A stretch of DNA of 64,000 nucleotides from an uncultured Erysipelotrichaceae bacterium (GTDB lineage: Bacteria; Bacillota_I; Bacilli_A; RFN20; CAG-826), in contig ONAT01000001.1 in NCBI GenBank assembly GCA_900315885.1, positions 81,920 through 145,919 of the forward strand, written 5' to 3'. The stretch's first letter is position 1. Each line of letters begins with the position of its first letter. A program made the position numbers and the translations under genes. This document shows positions 1-10,418 of the stretch, one piece after another. The notes beneath the pieces were generated by a model, which did no database searches, was not told the DNA's origin, and saw only the letters and a program-made list of their open reading frames with translations.

Positions 1-96
1 GAAAAATATAATTCTCATCCCCTAGTCGTAGACTTTAAAGAAATATCTAAAGAAGTAAATATGTTGCTTTTGCAATTAAAAAATATTATTAATTAG
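1..96 (+). CDS. 3' end of an upstream gene (partial, product unknown)
   Basis: Frame 1 is open from the window edge to TAG at 94-96 (..EKYNSHPLVVDFKEISKEVNMLLLQLKNIIN*). A terminator hairpin follows directly. Confidence 0.35.
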   Translation, partial: EKYNSHPLVVDFKEISKEVNMLLLQLKNIIN

Positions 97-122
97 GCAC
101 ACGAGAAATTGTGTGCTTTTAT
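96..122 (+). terminator. Rho-independent terminator
   Basis: Stem GCACAC (97-102) / GTGTGC (111-116) followed by a T-run. Confidence 0.6.
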
Positions 123-171
123 TGTGGCACAAATTGACTTTACAAATCATATATTTTAATGGTGATTATTT

Positions 172-693
172 ATGAATAGAGAAATTATTGTCAAGACTTT
201 AGTGGGCAAAGGAAAACTTGCTTTACAAGATAAACAAATTGTTAAGGTTGAAGAAAATATTTCTAAACCTTTGGGATGTTGGATTATTAATCATACATTT
301 AAAACAAAACAAAATGGCAAAAGTGTAGAATTAATGGGTTCGTATGATATCCAAATATGGTACGCATATGATGAAGATAAAAAGACTAATGTTGTTTATA
401 AAACCGTGCCATTTTCAGGTGTATTTATGGTCTCTTGGAAAAAAGTCAAAACTATTGATGACGAGATTAAAGACAAAGTTCATATTATCAAGTATCCAAC
501 TGCGACAGGAATGAGCTTAATTAACGACCATGAAGTTGAAATTATCATTGAATCAGTGTATTTAGTAGATGTGTTCCAAGACTCCGTTATTATGGTTAAC
601 ACTATTGAAGAAGATAATAACGAAGAACTAATGGATGAAGAAATTATCATGAACGTTAATCCAAATTACTTGACAAATAAAAAAGAAGTTTAA
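172..693 (+). CDS. cotE: Outer spore coat morphogenetic protein CotE
   Basis: The blocks REIIVKTLVGKGK and GCWIINH..GKSVELMGSYDIQIWYAYD..KT.VV, plus an acidic C-terminus ending NPNYL, match Bacillus CotE as I recall it. The Bacillus gene order cotE-mutS-mutL is conserved. Confidence 0.8.
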   Translation: MNREIIVKTLVGKGKLALQDKQIVKVEENISKPLGCWIINHTFKTKQNGKSVELMGSYDIQIWYAYDEDKKTNVVYKTVPFSGVFMVSWKKVKTIDDEIKDKVHIIKYPTATGMSLINDHEVEIIIESVYLVDVFQDSVIMVNTIEEDNNEELMDEEIIMNVNPNYLTNKKEV

Positions 694-764
694 AAATTAA
701 TTAATATAATTTTTAATATATGGTATCATTATACTAGTTAAAAAGTAATTTGGGGTGAAGCAGT

Positions 765-3284
765 ATGAAAGAAAAATATTCTCCAATGATGATGCAATAT
801 TTAAAAATTAAAGAAAGTTATCCTGATGTCTTAATCTTGTTTAGATTAGGAGATTTTTATGAATTGTTTTTTGATGATGCGAAAATAGCGTCAAAAGAAC
901 TTCAATTAGCTTTAACTGGTAAAAATGCGGGAGTAGAAGAACGTGTTCCAATGTGTGGAGTTCCACATCACGCTATTAAAAGTTATATAGCTAAATTAAT
1001 CAATCGCGGTTATCGTGTTGGTATAGTTGAGCAAATGGAAGACCCAGCATTAGCTAAAGGTTTAGTGGAACGCGATGTCGTTCAAATTATTACTCCAGGT
1101 GCTTTTATGGATGTTAGTTCCGATGATAATAACTACACTGTGGCAATAGATGAAACAGACTATTGCTATGTTTTAAGTTATGCTGATTTATCTACTGGTG
1201 AAATAAATGTCATGAACATTGAAAAAGATACCAATAGCCTCATCTCCGAATTAGATAATATTTTAACTCACGAAGTAGTTGTTAAATCTAATTTTAATAA
1301 AGAAACATTAGATTTAATTCGTAGCAAAAGAAATATTTTAATTTCTCACGAAGATAACGACACAATTGAATTAGAATTTGAAGGAATTCTTCAAGAAGTT
1401 AAAGATTTATATCAAATGCGCACTATTATGCGTTTGATTAATTATTTTAGAAAAACCCAAAAAAGAGGACTAGATTACTTACAAGTAGCGAAAGTAATTA
1501 AGTCAAATAAAGCATTACAAATTGATGCATATTCAAGATTAAATCTAGAACTAACACGAACAATTCGTAGTGATGAAAAATTTGGCTCGTTATTCTGGCT
1601 TTTAGATGAAACTAAAACTGCGATGGGTGGAAGACTTCTTAAACGTTGGATTTCTAAACCTTCTTCAGATATAAATGAAATAACAAATCGTCAAGATATG
1701 ATTCAAAGTTTTATTGATTCATTTATGATACGTAATGATGTTCGTACAATGCTTGATGAAGTATACGATTTAGAAAGATTAATCGCACGTATTTCTTTTG
1801 GTAACGCAAACGGAAGAGATATGTTGCAATTAAAGAACTCATTAAAACCATTACCAAACATTAAAAATCTTTTGTATAAATTAAATAATCAAAGCATTAA
1901 TACAATTATTGATAAAATGGGTGATTTTACTGATATTGTGGAATTACTTGAAAATGCAATTTCAGAAGATGCTCCAATAACAATAAAAGAAGGTGGCATT
2001 TTTAAACCAAACTTTAATAAAGAATTAGATGAAATAGTGGCACTTTCTCATGGTGGAAAGAAATGGATTGCGGATTTAGAAGAGCAAGAAAGAGAAAGAA
2101 CTGGTATTAAAACACTACGTATCGGTTATAATCGTGTATTTGGTTATTACATTGAAGTTTCTAAAGGCGCTAAAGACCAAATCAAAGATGAATGGGGATA
2201 TGAAAGAAAACAAACTACAATTAATGGGGAACGATATATTACCCAAGAATTAAAAGAAAAAGAAGCTTTAATTCTTAACGCTGATGAAAAGCGTATGAGA
2301 TTAGAATATGATCTTTTCTTAGATATTAGAAAGAAAATTCAAGATAAGACAACTTTAATTCAAAGATTAGCAAACAATATTGCACTTATTGATGTCTTAA
2401 CTTCTCTTGCTGAAGTATCATCGGCTAATAATTTTGTACGTCCAAAGTTTAATTTTGAGCGTCGTATTAACATCGTAGAAGGAAGACATCCAGTCATTGA
2501 AAAAGTTTTAAAAGATAAACACTATGTGCCTAATGATGTCGTTTTGAATTCTGATATAGATATTTTACTTATTACTGGTCCTAATATGGGCGGTAAGTCA
2601 ACATATATGCGTGAACTTGCTGTCATTGTTGTTATGGCTCAAATTGGTTGTTTTGTTCCAGCAAAAGAAGCGGATTTGATGGTGTTTGATCAAATCTTTA
2701 CGCGAATTGGTGCAAGCGATGATTTAGTTTCAGGCCAATCAACATTTATGGTGGAAATGAATGAAACGAATAATGCTTTACGTCATGCGACGGAAAACTC
2801 TTTATTAATATTTGATGAAATAGGAAGAGGTACTGCCACATTTGATGGTATGGCTTTGGCACAAGCAATTATTGAATATATAACAGCGAGAATTCACGCT
2901 AAAACATTATTCTCAACACATTATCACGAATTAACAAAACTTGATGAAGAACTAACAAGTTTAAAGAATGTTCATGTATGCGTTAAAGAAAATGAAGATA
3001 AGATTACTTTCCTTTACAAAGTAAGTGATGGAACAATGAATAAGTCTTATGGCATCAATGTTGCGCGTTTAGCTCATTTACCAGATGAACTTTTAAGTAG
3101 AGCAAAAGAGATTCTCCTTACTTTAGAATCTAAAGGAGTTACATTCTCCAATAATGTTCTTATTAAAAATGATCCAGTTGAAGAACAATGGATTAAGGAT
3201 TTACGAAATCTTGATCCTTTAAATATGTCGCCATTAGAGGCTTTAAATTATTTATATGATTTAAAGAAGAAAATGAAAAAGTAG
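765..3284 (+). CDS. mutS: DNA mismatch repair protein MutS
   Basis: N-terminal TPMMQQYL-like motif (SPMMMQYLKIK), Walker A GPNMGGKST and FDEIGRGT. RBS GGGGTGA lies upstream. Confidence 0.97.
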   Translation: MKEKYSPMMMQYLKIKESYPDVLILFRLGDFYELFFDDAKIASKELQLALTGKNAGVEERVPMCGVPHHAIKSYIAKLINRGYRVGIVEQMEDPALAKGLVERDVVQIITPGAFMDVSSDDNNYTVAIDETDYCYVLSYADLSTGEINVMNIEKDTNSLISELDNILTHEVVVKSNFNKETLDLIRSKRNILISHEDNDTIELEFEGILQEVKDLYQMRTIMRLINYFRKTQKRGLDYLQVAKVIKSNKALQIDAYSRLNLELTRTIRSDEKFGSLFWLLDETKTAMGGRLLKRWISKPSSDINEITNRQDMIQSFIDSFMIRNDVRTMLDEVYDLERLIARISFGNANGRDMLQLKNSLKPLPNIKNLLYKLNNQSINTIIDKMGDFTDIVELLENAISEDAPITIKEGGIFKPNFNKELDEIVALSHGGKKWIADLEEQERERTGIKTLRIGYNRVFGYYIEVSKGAKDQIKDEWGYERKQTTINGERYITQELKEKEALILNADEKRMRLEYDLFLDIRKKIQDKTTLIQRLANNIALIDVLTSLAEVSSANNFVRPKFNFERRINIVEGRHPVIEKVLKDKHYVPNDVVLNSDIDILLITGPNMGGKSTYMRELAVIVVMAQIGCFVPAKEADLMVFDQIFTRIGASDDLVSGQSTFMVEMNETNNALRHATENSLLIFDEIGRGTATFDGMALAQAIIEYITARIHAKTLFSTHYHELTKLDEELTSLKNVHVCVKENEDKITFLYKVSDGTMNKSYGINVARLAHLPDELLSRAKEILLTLESKGVTFSNNVLIKNDPVEEQWIKDLRNLDPLNMSPLEALNYLYDLKKKMKK

Positions 3285-3294
3285 GTGATTACAC

Positions 3295-5106
3295 ATGGGA
3301 AAAGTACAAGTATTAGATACTAAACTAGCTAATATGATTGCAGCTGGAGAAGTTGTTGAACGTCCAAGCAGCGTCTTAAAAGAATTAGTGGAAAATAGTA
3401 TTGATGCGGGAGCAAAAACTATTTCAGTTTATGTCTATGAAGCAGGAAGAAAAAAGATTGTTGTTGAAGATGATGGAAGTGGAATGGACCATGATGATGC
3501 CTTATTAGCGTTTAAACGTCACGCAACAAGCAAAATATCATCAACTTTTGATTTATTTAGAATTAAAACTCTTGGCTTTAGAGGAGAAGCTTTGCCTTCA
3601 ATTGCCTCTGTTTCAAAGATGCATGTTGTTACCTCTACTGGTCAAGGCGTTGGAACAGAATTAAAAGTTATTAACGAAGAAATAAGTGCAAATGATGCAC
3701 CTTTAAGAAAAGGCACAACAATAGAAGTTGAAGAATTGTTTTATAACACACCAGCACGTCTTAAATATTTAAAAACAGATTACACTGAAAATGCTAACAA
3801 TATTGAAGTTATGAGCCGTATTGCTTTGGCACATCCAGAAATATCCATAAAGTTTTATATTGATGACAAGAAACAATTCCAAACCACAGGAAGAGGAGAT
3901 TTGTTAGAGGCTATTGCCAATATATTTGGCTATGCTGTCGCAAAATCTATGGTAGAATTTGAATATAAGGCTGTCGATTATGAAGTTACAGGATATTTAG
4001 GAAAACCTGATATTGCTAAAGCCTCAAGATACTATATGATTACATTGCTAAATGGTAGGAATGTCTATATGCCAAAAGTGCAAACTGCGATTAAAGATGC
4101 ATATCAAGACTTTTTACCACCAACAAAATATCCATTTTGCGTTTTAGCTTTTAAAGTAGATTATTCTCTTGTTGATGTTAACGTTCATCCTTCTAAACGT
4201 GAAGTAAGATTTTCTAAAGAAGATGAATTGCGTTTAGCGTTACTTGAAAAAATACCAGAAGCATTAAAACCAAAAACAATTTTTGATGAGGTTAGTATTA
4301 ACAAAGAACGTTTTCCAAAAGAGACAATTGAACATGTCGATATCTTTAAACAAAGCGAAGAAGAAAATTATACAAAAACTCAAGAAAAAGAAGAAAAAGT
4401 AACGATATTTGATGATTTTGATGACGATATCAATACTGAAAACAAAGTGGTAAAAGAAGTAGAAATTAAAGCAGAACCTATAATTGAAAAAGAAGTAAAA
4501 GCAACGACAAGAAAAGAATCACCGATTAAACCTCTTGCGCAATTAAACAGAGCTTATATTATTGGTGAAGATTATACAGGTGAAGGTGGATTTTACCTTG
4601 TTGATCAGCACGCAGCAATGGAAAGAATTAATTATGAATATTTTTCAAAATTATATTCCGAAAACATCACAACAATGATGCCACTTATCCCTACAATTTT
4701 AAATTTAAAACCAAGCGACGCCAAATTATTAACAGAAGAAAAATTGGATTTATTAAAATGTGTAGGAGTGGAACTTGAACCATTTGGTTTAAATGCTTAC
4801 AAAGTTGTAACTGTTCCAACATGGATTCAAAAAGATAACGAAAAAGAATATGTTGATGATTTAGTCAATATGGCTTTACATGAAGATAAAGTTGACATAT
4901 TTAGATTAAGAAAACACGCAATCGCCACGATGGCGTGCAAAGCGTCATTAAAAGCAAATATGAATTGCACTATGGAAGAAGCAAAGGTAATGCTTGACCG
5001 CTTATATAATTGTGAGAATCCACATAACTGTCCACATGGAAGACCAATTATTATAAAATTCAGCAAATATGAAATAGAAAAACTATTTAAGAGGACTGGT
5101 GTATGA
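3295..5106 (+). CDS. mutL: DNA mismatch repair endonuclease MutL
   Basis: GHKL ATPase motifs (IAAGEVVERP, ELVENSIDAG, DDGSGM) and the C-terminal DQHAAMERI endonuclease motif. Confidence 0.97.
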   Translation: MGKVQVLDTKLANMIAAGEVVERPSSVLKELVENSIDAGAKTISVYVYEAGRKKIVVEDDGSGMDHDDALLAFKRHATSKISSTFDLFRIKTLGFRGEALPSIASVSKMHVVTSTGQGVGTELKVINEEISANDAPLRKGTTIEVEELFYNTPARLKYLKTDYTENANNIEVMSRIALAHPEISIKFYIDDKKQFQTTGRGDLLEAIANIFGYAVAKSMVEFEYKAVDYEVTGYLGKPDIAKASRYYMITLLNGRNVYMPKVQTAIKDAYQDFLPPTKYPFCVLAFKVDYSLVDVNVHPSKREVRFSKEDELRLALLEKIPEALKPKTIFDEVSINKERFPKETIEHVDIFKQSEEENYTKTQEKEEKVTIFDDFDDDINTENKVVKEVEIKAEPIIEKEVKATTRKESPIKPLAQLNRAYIIGEDYTGEGGFYLVDQHAAMERINYEYFSKLYSENITTMMPLIPTILNLKPSDAKLLTEEKLDLLKCVGVELEPFGLNAYKVVTVPTWIQKDNEKEYVDDLVNMALHEDKVDIFRLRKHAIATMACKASLKANMNCTMEEAKVMLDRLYNCENPHNCPHGRPIIIKFSKYEIEKLFKRTGV

Positions 5107-6005
5107 TAATTCTTATTGTAGGTCCTACATGTTCTGGAAAATCAGAACTTGCTATAAGAGTTGCTCAAAACATAAATGCTGAAATAATAAATGGTGATGC
5201 TTTTCAAGTTTATCAAGAACTTGATATTGGTACAGCAAAGCCAACAAAAAAAGAACGTGAAATAGTGCCACATCACTTATTTGATTTTGTTTCACCTAAT
5301 AAAGAATACAATGTCAAAGATTATCAAAGTGATGCGCGAAATGTTATAAAAGAACTACAATCAGGACATAAAAATATCATTATTGTTGGAGGAACAGGAT
5401 TATATCAAAAAGCTACATTATATGATTTTAATTTTGGCGATGAAGACAATGAAGTTGACATGTCTGATTTAGATGATTTATCAAACGAAGAACTTTATGA
5501 AGTGCTCAAAAAACTAGATTTTGAAGCAACAAGAACGATACACATGAATAATCGAAAAAGAGTTTTAAGGGCTATAGAAATTTATAGAGCGCATGGTGTA
5601 ACAAAAAGTTCGATTATTCAATCACAAAATCATAAACCAATTTACGAAGATATTGTCTTTGTAGGATTAGATGTTGAAAGAGCATCTTTATATGATGCTA
5701 TTAATAAACGCGTAGATAAGATGATGGAATGTGGTCTATTAGAAGAAGTCAAAAATCTAAAAGATAAATATGATACAACCAAACACGCTTTTCAAGCGAT
5801 TGGTTATAAAGAATTGCTTAGTTATTTAAATGGTGAAATTAGTTTTGAATCAGCCATAGAATTGATAAAAAAGAATTCAAGGAATTACGCTAAACGACAA
5901 ATGACATACTTTAAACATCAAATGCCAGTTGTTTGGTTTAATGATAAAAATGAAGCTTATGCTTATATTTTAGGTAAGGTGAAACAACATGACACAAATG
6001 TATGA
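5103..6005 (+). CDS. miaA: tRNA dimethylallyltransferase MiaA
   Basis: P-loop GPTCSGKS, GTAKPT and GGTGLY motifs. It overlaps the mutL stop by 4 nt (ATGA). Confidence 0.95.
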   Translation: MIILIVGPTCSGKSELAIRVAQNINAEIINGDAFQVYQELDIGTAKPTKKEREIVPHHLFDFVSPNKEYNVKDYQSDARNVIKELQSGHKNIIIVGGTGLYQKATLYDFNFGDEDNEVDMSDLDDLSNEELYEVLKKLDFEATRTIHMNNRKRVLRAIEIYRAHGVTKSSIIQSQNHKPIYEDIVFVGLDVERASLYDAINKRVDKMMECGLLEEVKNLKDKYDTTKHAFQAIGYKELLSYLNGEISFESAIELIKKNSRNYAKRQMTYFKHQMPVVWFNDKNEAYAYILGKVKQHDTNV

Positions 6006-6675
6006 TCGAAGTATTTTGTTAATTGGTGAAGAAGATTTTGCCAAACTAAATAATAAATGTGTTCTTGTTGTTGGTCTTGGTGGTGTTGGAGGCACAGCCT
6101 TTGAATGCTTAGCAAGATCTGGTATAAAAAACTTTCTAATTATAGATTTTGATGTTGTGAGTGAGAGTAATTTAAATCGTCAAATATTATATACTTATAG
6201 TGATGTGAATCAAAATAAAGTTGATTGTGCGAAGAAAAGAATACAAGCTATTAATAAAGATATAAATGTTATCGCTATTAACGAAAGATTTTCTGAAAGC
6301 ACAATCACAAAACTAAATGATTACAAAATAGATTTTATTATCGATGCAATTGACTCTATTGATGCAAAAATCAGTTTAGTTAAATTTGCTCTTGATAAAA
6401 ACATAAGAATTATTTCATCTTTAGGGATGGCTAATCGTTTAGATCCAAGCAAGGTAACAATTATGCGACTTGATAAAACATATAATTGTCCACTTGCTAA
6501 AAAGTTTAGATTTGAATTAAGAAAAAATGGTGTCAATTTGAAAGATGTTATGTGTGCATTTTCAAGTGAAGGACCAGTGAGAAAAGGCATAGTTCCTGCT
6601 TCAATGATGATGGTACCATCTTCAGCGGGATTAAATATTGCCTATTACGTACTAAAATGTTTGAAAGGAGAATAG
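5989..6675 (+). CDS. tcdA: ThiF/MoeB-family tRNA threonylcarbamoyladenosine dehydratase (TcdA-like)
   Basis: Rossmann motif VVGLGGVGG and DFDVVSESNLNRQ. The size (~228 aa) is typical of TcdA/YgdL. Confidence 0.75.
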   Translation: MTQMYDRSILLIGEEDFAKLNNKCVLVVGLGGVGGTAFECLARSGIKNFLIIDFDVVSESNLNRQILYTYSDVNQNKVDCAKKRIQAINKDINVIAINERFSESTITKLNDYKIDFIIDAIDSIDAKISLVKFALDKNIRIISSLGMANRLDPSKVTIMRLDKTYNCPLAKKFRFELRKNGVNLKDVMCAFSSEGPVRKGIVPASMMMVPSSAGLNIAYYVLKCLKGE

Positions 6676-6677
6676 TT

Positions 6678-8294
6678 ATGGAAAATAATTTATTAAAAAT
6701 TAAAGATATTGCTAAAAAAGCAGGTATTAAAGAAGAATACATTGAACCATATGGTAATTACAAAGCTAAAATTAATATGGATATTCTTAAGGAATTAGGT
6801 GATAAACCCAATGGAAAATTAGTGCTTGTTACCGCAATCACGCCAACGAAAGCTGGCGAAGGTAAAACAACAACATCTATTGCTTTAGCAGATGGCTTAG
6901 CAAAAATAAAACAAAAATGTATGCTTGTACTTCGTGAACCTTCCTTAGGGCCAGTGTTTGGTATTAAAGGTGGTGCGACAGGTGGCGGAAAAGTTTGTAT
7001 TGCTCCAAGCGAAGAAATTAATTTGCATTTTACTGGTGATATGCACGCTTTAACTTCTTCTATAAATTTAATTTCGGCAATTATTGATAACCATATTTTT
7101 CAAGGAAACGAACTAAACATTGATCCAAATAAGATTGTTTGGCGTAGAGCTCTAGATATGAATGACCGTGCTTTACGAGAAATAACAGTAGCGCAAGGTA
7201 AGAATAATGGAACAGTTAGACAAGATGGCTTTGTCATTACAGTAGCATCAGAATTGATGGCTATTATGTGTTTAGCAGAAAATCCAGAAGATTTTATTAA
7301 TAGAGTTAATAAGATAACCGTTGCTTACACTTATGATGATAAGGCAATCACTGTTAAGGATTTGAAAATTTCTAAAGCTATCTATAAACTTATGAGAGAA
7401 GCCTTAAAACCAAATTTAGTTCAAACTCTTGAGCATAATCCATGTTTAGTGCATGGTGGACCATTTGCAAATATTGCACATGGTTGTAACTCAATTATTG
7501 CAACAAAATTAGGCTTAAAATTAGCGGATATTGTGGTTACAGAAGCAGGATTTGGCGCGGACTTAGGAGCGGAAAAATTCTTAAATATAAAATGTAGATT
7601 TGGTGGTTTAAAACCAAGCATGGCTGTAATGGTTGCCACGATTCGTGCTTTAAAAGTTCATGGTGGAGTGCAAATAGAAAACATAAAAGAAGAAAATGTT
7701 GAAGCCTTAATTAAAGGTTGTGCAAACCTTGAACGACATGTGGAAAACATCAAGAAATTTGGCTTACCAGTCGTTGTAGCTATCAACCATTTTGCGGATG
7801 ATACAGAAAACGAAATTCAAGCCTTAACTAAATGGTGTAAAAATAAAGGCTATCCAGTCTCATTCTTAGATGGATTTATGAAAGGTGGAGATGGTGCAGT
7901 TGATTTAGCTAATAAAGTTATTGAAACTTTAGAAACTAAAAAATCTAATTATCACCCTCTTTATGATGTTAATTTACCAATAAAAGAAAAGATTGGAATT
8001 ATCGCTAAAGAAATTTATCGCGCAAAAGACGTAGTGTTTTCTGCTGAAGCAATAGAACATATCGCTAAGTTTGAAAAAATAGGATTTGCTAATACTCCAG
8101 TATGTATTGCAAAAACCCCTCAATCATTCACTGATAATGCAAAAATTGTTGGAGCGCCGACAGATTTTGTAGTTACAGTACGTGATGTAACTTTATCTAG
8201 TGGTGCAGGTTTTGTGGTGGCTTTAACAGGAAACATTCTAACAATGCCAGGGTTACCAAAAATACCTGCCGCAATAAAAATGGAAGAGGAATAA
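6678..8294 (+). CDS. fhs: Formate--tetrahydrofolate ligase
   Basis: PTKAGEGKTTT P-loop with full-length family similarity. I moved the start to ATG 6678, which sits 8 nt after RBS AAAGGAG; the track start at 6657 has no RBS. Confidence 0.95.
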   Translation: MENNLLKIKDIAKKAGIKEEYIEPYGNYKAKINMDILKELGDKPNGKLVLVTAITPTKAGEGKTTTSIALADGLAKIKQKCMLVLREPSLGPVFGIKGGATGGGKVCIAPSEEINLHFTGDMHALTSSINLISAIIDNHIFQGNELNIDPNKIVWRRALDMNDRALREITVAQGKNNGTVRQDGFVITVASELMAIMCLAENPEDFINRVNKITVAYTYDDKAITVKDLKISKAIYKLMREALKPNLVQTLEHNPCLVHGGPFANIAHGCNSIIATKLGLKLADIVVTEAGFGADLGAEKFLNIKCRFGGLKPSMAVMVATIRALKVHGGVQIENIKEENVEALIKGCANLERHVENIKKFGLPVVVAINHFADDTENEIQALTKWCKNKGYPVSFLDGFMKGGDGAVDLANKVIETLETKKSNYHPLYDVNLPIKEKIGIIAKEIYRAKDVVFSAEAIEHIAKFEKIGFANTPVCIAKTPQSFTDNAKIVGAPTDFVVTVRDVTLSSGAGFVVALTGNILTMPGLPKIPAAIKMEEE

Positions 8295-8296
8295 GC

Positions 8297-8500
8297 ATGA
8301 ATAATGTAATCATTAAAATTGGTGATATTGTTGAAATGAAAAAAGAACATCCATGTGCTAAACGCTCAAAACAATTTGAAGTAGTTCGTGTTGGTGCGGA
8401 CATTAAATTAAAATGTTTAGGATGTGGAAATGTGATTATGCTTGACCGCGAAACTTTTAATAAAAAAGTTAAAAGTGTTATAAGTTCGTCGGATAAATAA
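8297..8500 (+). CDS. DUF951-family small protein
   Basis: 67 aa with the MKKEHPC....F.V.R.GADI.L.C..CG pattern typical of DUF951. Confidence 0.7.
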   Translation: MNNVIIKIGDIVEMKKEHPCAKRSKQFEVVRVGADIKLKCLGCGNVIMLDRETFNKKVKSVISSSDK

Positions 8501-8505
8501 ATATT

Positions 8506-8533
8506 GCCTCCTATATTAATTAGGAGGCTTTTT
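8506..8533 (+). terminator. Rho-independent terminator whose 3' arm doubles as the RBS of the next gene
   Basis: GCCTCCT (8506-8512) pairs with AGGAGGC (8522-8528), followed by TTTTT. ATG 8535 lies 7 nt after the AGGAGG. Confidence 0.6.
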
Positions 8534-8534
8534 A

Positions 8535-10418
8535 ATGCTCATAATAAAAAAGTTAACTAAAAAATATGAAAATAAAACAATATGTAATAAAATATCATTA
8601 ACTTTTCCTAATCAAGGTTTATATAGCATTATTGGTGAGTCAGGATGTGGAAAATCAACATTATTAAATCTAATTGGGTGCCTTGATGAAGAATATGAAG
8701 GCGAGATGTTTTTTGATGGTCATAATTATCGAATTGAAGCAAATAACATTAGAAAAAAAATAGGAATAATATATCAAAGCTATAATTTATTAGAAGATTT
8801 ATCGGTTAAAGACAATATTACGATATCTTTAAAAATAAAAGGATTAGTAGATGATAAGATTATTGAAAAGACATGTGAAAAATTAAATTTATCAACTGAT
8901 TTATTAAATAAAAAAGCTAAAGTTTTATCAGGTGGAGAGAAGCAAAGAGTTGCTTTAGCGCGTATTTTAGTTACAAAACCAAAAATAATTCTTGCAGATG
9001 AGCCAACAGGTTCTCTTGATTCTTCAAATGGTAATAAAGTTTTGGAATATCTAAAAGAAGTTTCAAAAGATACGCTTGTTATATTGGTAACACATAATAA
9101 AGATTTGGCTTATAAATATAGCGATGATGTAATTTTATTTGAATCTTTAAATGGCTATGATAAACGTGATAAAAAAAGGAAATATGATTATAAAGAAAAT
9201 AAAGATAATTCGAATTTCTTGATTTTAAAAAGTCATTTTAAGAGTAATGCGTTTAGGCATATTTTATCATGTATTGCTTTAGTTGTTTCTTTTGTGTTTT
9301 CATCTTTTAGTTTATCCTTTTTCTTAAATGCCACACCCTTATTAGAAAATGTCTCAAGTAATTATGTAGATAAAGATGTTTTTTCAATATCTAAGACCTT
9401 TTCTCATAAAATTGATAATTCGTTTTTTTCGTTAACAACAGTTGAAAGACCAACTTTTGATGAGCTTAAATCTTTAAGTAAAATCTTGCCTCCCATAGAT
9501 TTTTATTATTCCTTAAATCCATTTGTTCCAGAAATAATTGATATAAACGATTACACTATTTTAAATGTATCATTTGTGCCATGCTTTGTTCCAATGGAAT
9601 CTAATGAAGTAATAATAAATTCTTTGCTTTTTAAGGAAATGAAAGAAGAAAAGATATTTTTTGATATAGAAAAAAGTTATTTTATAGAAGATCAAGGATA
9701 TAGTTTTTCGCATCGTTTTTCTTATGAAATAAAAAGTGTGGTGGAAGAAGTAGGACTTTTAAACACGAAAAAGATATATTATAACTATTTTAATATGTAT
9801 AATTTGTTAGATTCTTATATAACAAGAGATAAATCCCCAATTGAATTAATAAAAGAAGCAAAAAGTGATGAAGAATTATCATCTTATAAAATGTTAATGC
9901 ATTTAAAAAGCAAACAAAATGTTTCGCTTCTTTATGAAATTATTAATAGAGGCATAACAAATTATGAAATAACATCAAACGCATATTCTATTGATTCCAC
10001 ACTTTATCAAATTGCGGATGCTTTAAAATTAGTGTTAACGATGTTTGAGATTATTATTGCGATATCATGTTTTGCTATTGTCTTCTTTTTAGTAGTATCT
10101 TTATTAAATGATTATACGAAGGAAAAAGCTATTCTTTTAAGTTTGGGTAAAAATCGTAAATCTTTTTTTACATTATATTTGCAAGAGATTTTAATAGTTT
10201 TATTGTTTAGTTTTGTAATTGGAGTAATAACTTTAATATTTTTAAAGCAACTAATTCAAAAATTTATAATTACTTATAATTTTGGGATTAGTTTTAATGT
10301 TTTGCCTGCAACGCTTATAGTGATGATTACTTATATTGTGATTATGACTTTAATTCTTTTGATTACTAATAAACAGTTTGAAAGAAAAAATCTTATTAAT
10401 TACTTGAGGAATGAATAA
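8535..10418 (+). CDS. Fused ABC ATPase / FtsX-type (MacB-like) permease
   Basis: GESGCGKST, LSGGEKQRVALAR, LADEPTGSLD and VTHN motifs. These are followed by TM1, a ~230-aa extracytoplasmic region and a C-terminal 3-TM FtsX-like block. Confidence 0.85.
   Translation: MLIIKKLTKKYENKTICNKISLTFPNQGLYSIIGESGCGKSTLLNLIGCLDEEYEGEMFFDGHNYRIEANNIRKKIGIIYQSYNLLEDLSVKDNITISLKIKGLVDDKIIEKTCEKLNLSTDLLNKKAKVLSGGEKQRVALARILVTKPKIILADEPTGSLDSSNGNKVLEYLKEVSKDTLVILVTHNKDLAYKYSDDVILFESLNGYDKRDKKRKYDYKENKDNSNFLILKSHFKSNAFRHILSCIALVVSFVFSSFSLSFFLNATPLLENVSSNYVDKDVFSISKTFSHKIDNSFFSLTTVERPTFDELKSLSKILPPIDFYYSLNPFVPEIIDINDYTILNVSFVPCFVPMESNEVIINSLLFKEMKEEKIFFDIEKSYFIEDQGYSFSHRFSYEIKSVVEEVGLLNTKKIYYNYFNMYNLLDSYITRDKSPIELIKEAKSDEELSSYKMLMHLKSKQNVSLLYEIINRGITNYEITSNAYSIDSTLYQIADALKLVLTMFEIIIAISCFAIVFFLVVSLLNDYTKEKAILLSLGKNRKSFFTLYLQEILIVLLFSFVIGVITLIFLKQLIQKFIITYNFGISFNVLPATLIVMITYIVIMTLILLITNKQFERKNLINYLRNE

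Noticed and set aside
4827-5066. A 79-aa minus-strand ORF inside mutL. The same applies to the similar nested ORFs at 6321-6590, 6548-6742, 7421-7639, 8120-8403, 10777-10962, 11325-11631, 12493-13008, 16284-16514, 18248-18457, 19486-20275, 20668-20904, 24084-24638, 24675-24884, 25605-25811, 26360-26632, 31411-31614, 31912-32118, 36163-36387, 36672-36890, 38994-39224, 39693-40205, 41676-41936, 42468-42776, 44106-44495, 48028-48216, 49557-49793, 50618-50938, 53693-53884, 54463-54675, 55226-55500, 55655-55882, 56138-56389, 56515-56745, 56968-58311, 58568-58819, 59093-59305 and 60419-60649.
   Set aside because: All lie antisense to, or out of frame within, long ORFs with clear family signatures. 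They have no RBS and show low-complexity or hydrophobic translations typical of AT-rich shadow frames.
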